Shown here piece after piece: positions 62,625 to 62,750 of a DNA stretch of 62,750 nucleotides. This DNA comes from an uncultured Flavobacterium sp. (GTDB lineage: Bacteria; Bacteroidota; Bacteroidia; Flavobacteriales; Flavobacteriaceae), in contig CAWURM010000022.1 of the NCBI GenBank assembly GCA_963924965.1, positions 1 through 62,750 on the forward strand, in the 5' to 3' direction. Position numbers and translations under genes: made by a program. Numbering within the stretch: position 1 is the first letter of the stretch; each line of letters starts with the position of its first letter. A model generated the notes under the pieces. That model was not told the origin of the DNA, did not search any database, and was given only the letters and a program-made list of their open reading frames with translations.

Positions 62625-62750
62625 ACCAGCCACGGTCAGGACGCCAACCTCAGCGATGGCGTGTATGCCCAGCGGTATGAGACGGACATGAGCCCCGTGC
62701 TGGCCACCCCAGCAGCGATCAGTCTGACCGACACGTCGGCCGCCGATACG
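62625..62750 (+). other. High-GC foreign tail (probable chimeric join)
   Basis: 83/126 = 66% GC by hand count, against an AT-rich host; encodes TSHGQDANLSDGVYAQRY... Confidence 0.8.

Noticed and set aside
62334-62633. 99-aa minus-strand ORF
   Set aside because: Antisense to the MORN-variant gene, and its start lies in the foreign tail

Overview
AT-rich chromosomal segment of a Flavobacterium-like Bacteroidota genome (gldI, TAnnTTTG promoter boxes, Flavo-1-like structured repeats). Mostly housekeeping genes: valS end, topB, prfA, pyrF, purU, icmF, two glutamine synthetases, purM, PPIases/gldI/nrnA, guaA, pyrG, yidC. Two accessory systems stand out. (1) A six-gene curli-type amyloid locus (31229-36785) with atypical parts: a long CsgA with loop insertions, a CsgE with an extra N-terminal CsgH-like domain, a CsgG fused to a beta-barrel, and an FN3/TolB-like lipoprotein. 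(2) A DUF4856 - imelysin - HTTM/vitamin-K-dependent-carboxylase-like - TonB receptor operon (11300-17518) with repeated operator-like palindromes and an unannotated Glu-rich 46-aa ORF upstream. Also seen: a six-PAS sensor with no output domain, a fluoride-type CLC, a DKTRT P1B-ATPase and several candidate operators. Three homopolymer frameshifts (topB, purM, a PPIase) and a 66% GC foreign tail at the window end point to sequencing/assembly artefacts. All family assignments are from motif recognition by eye; no searches were run.
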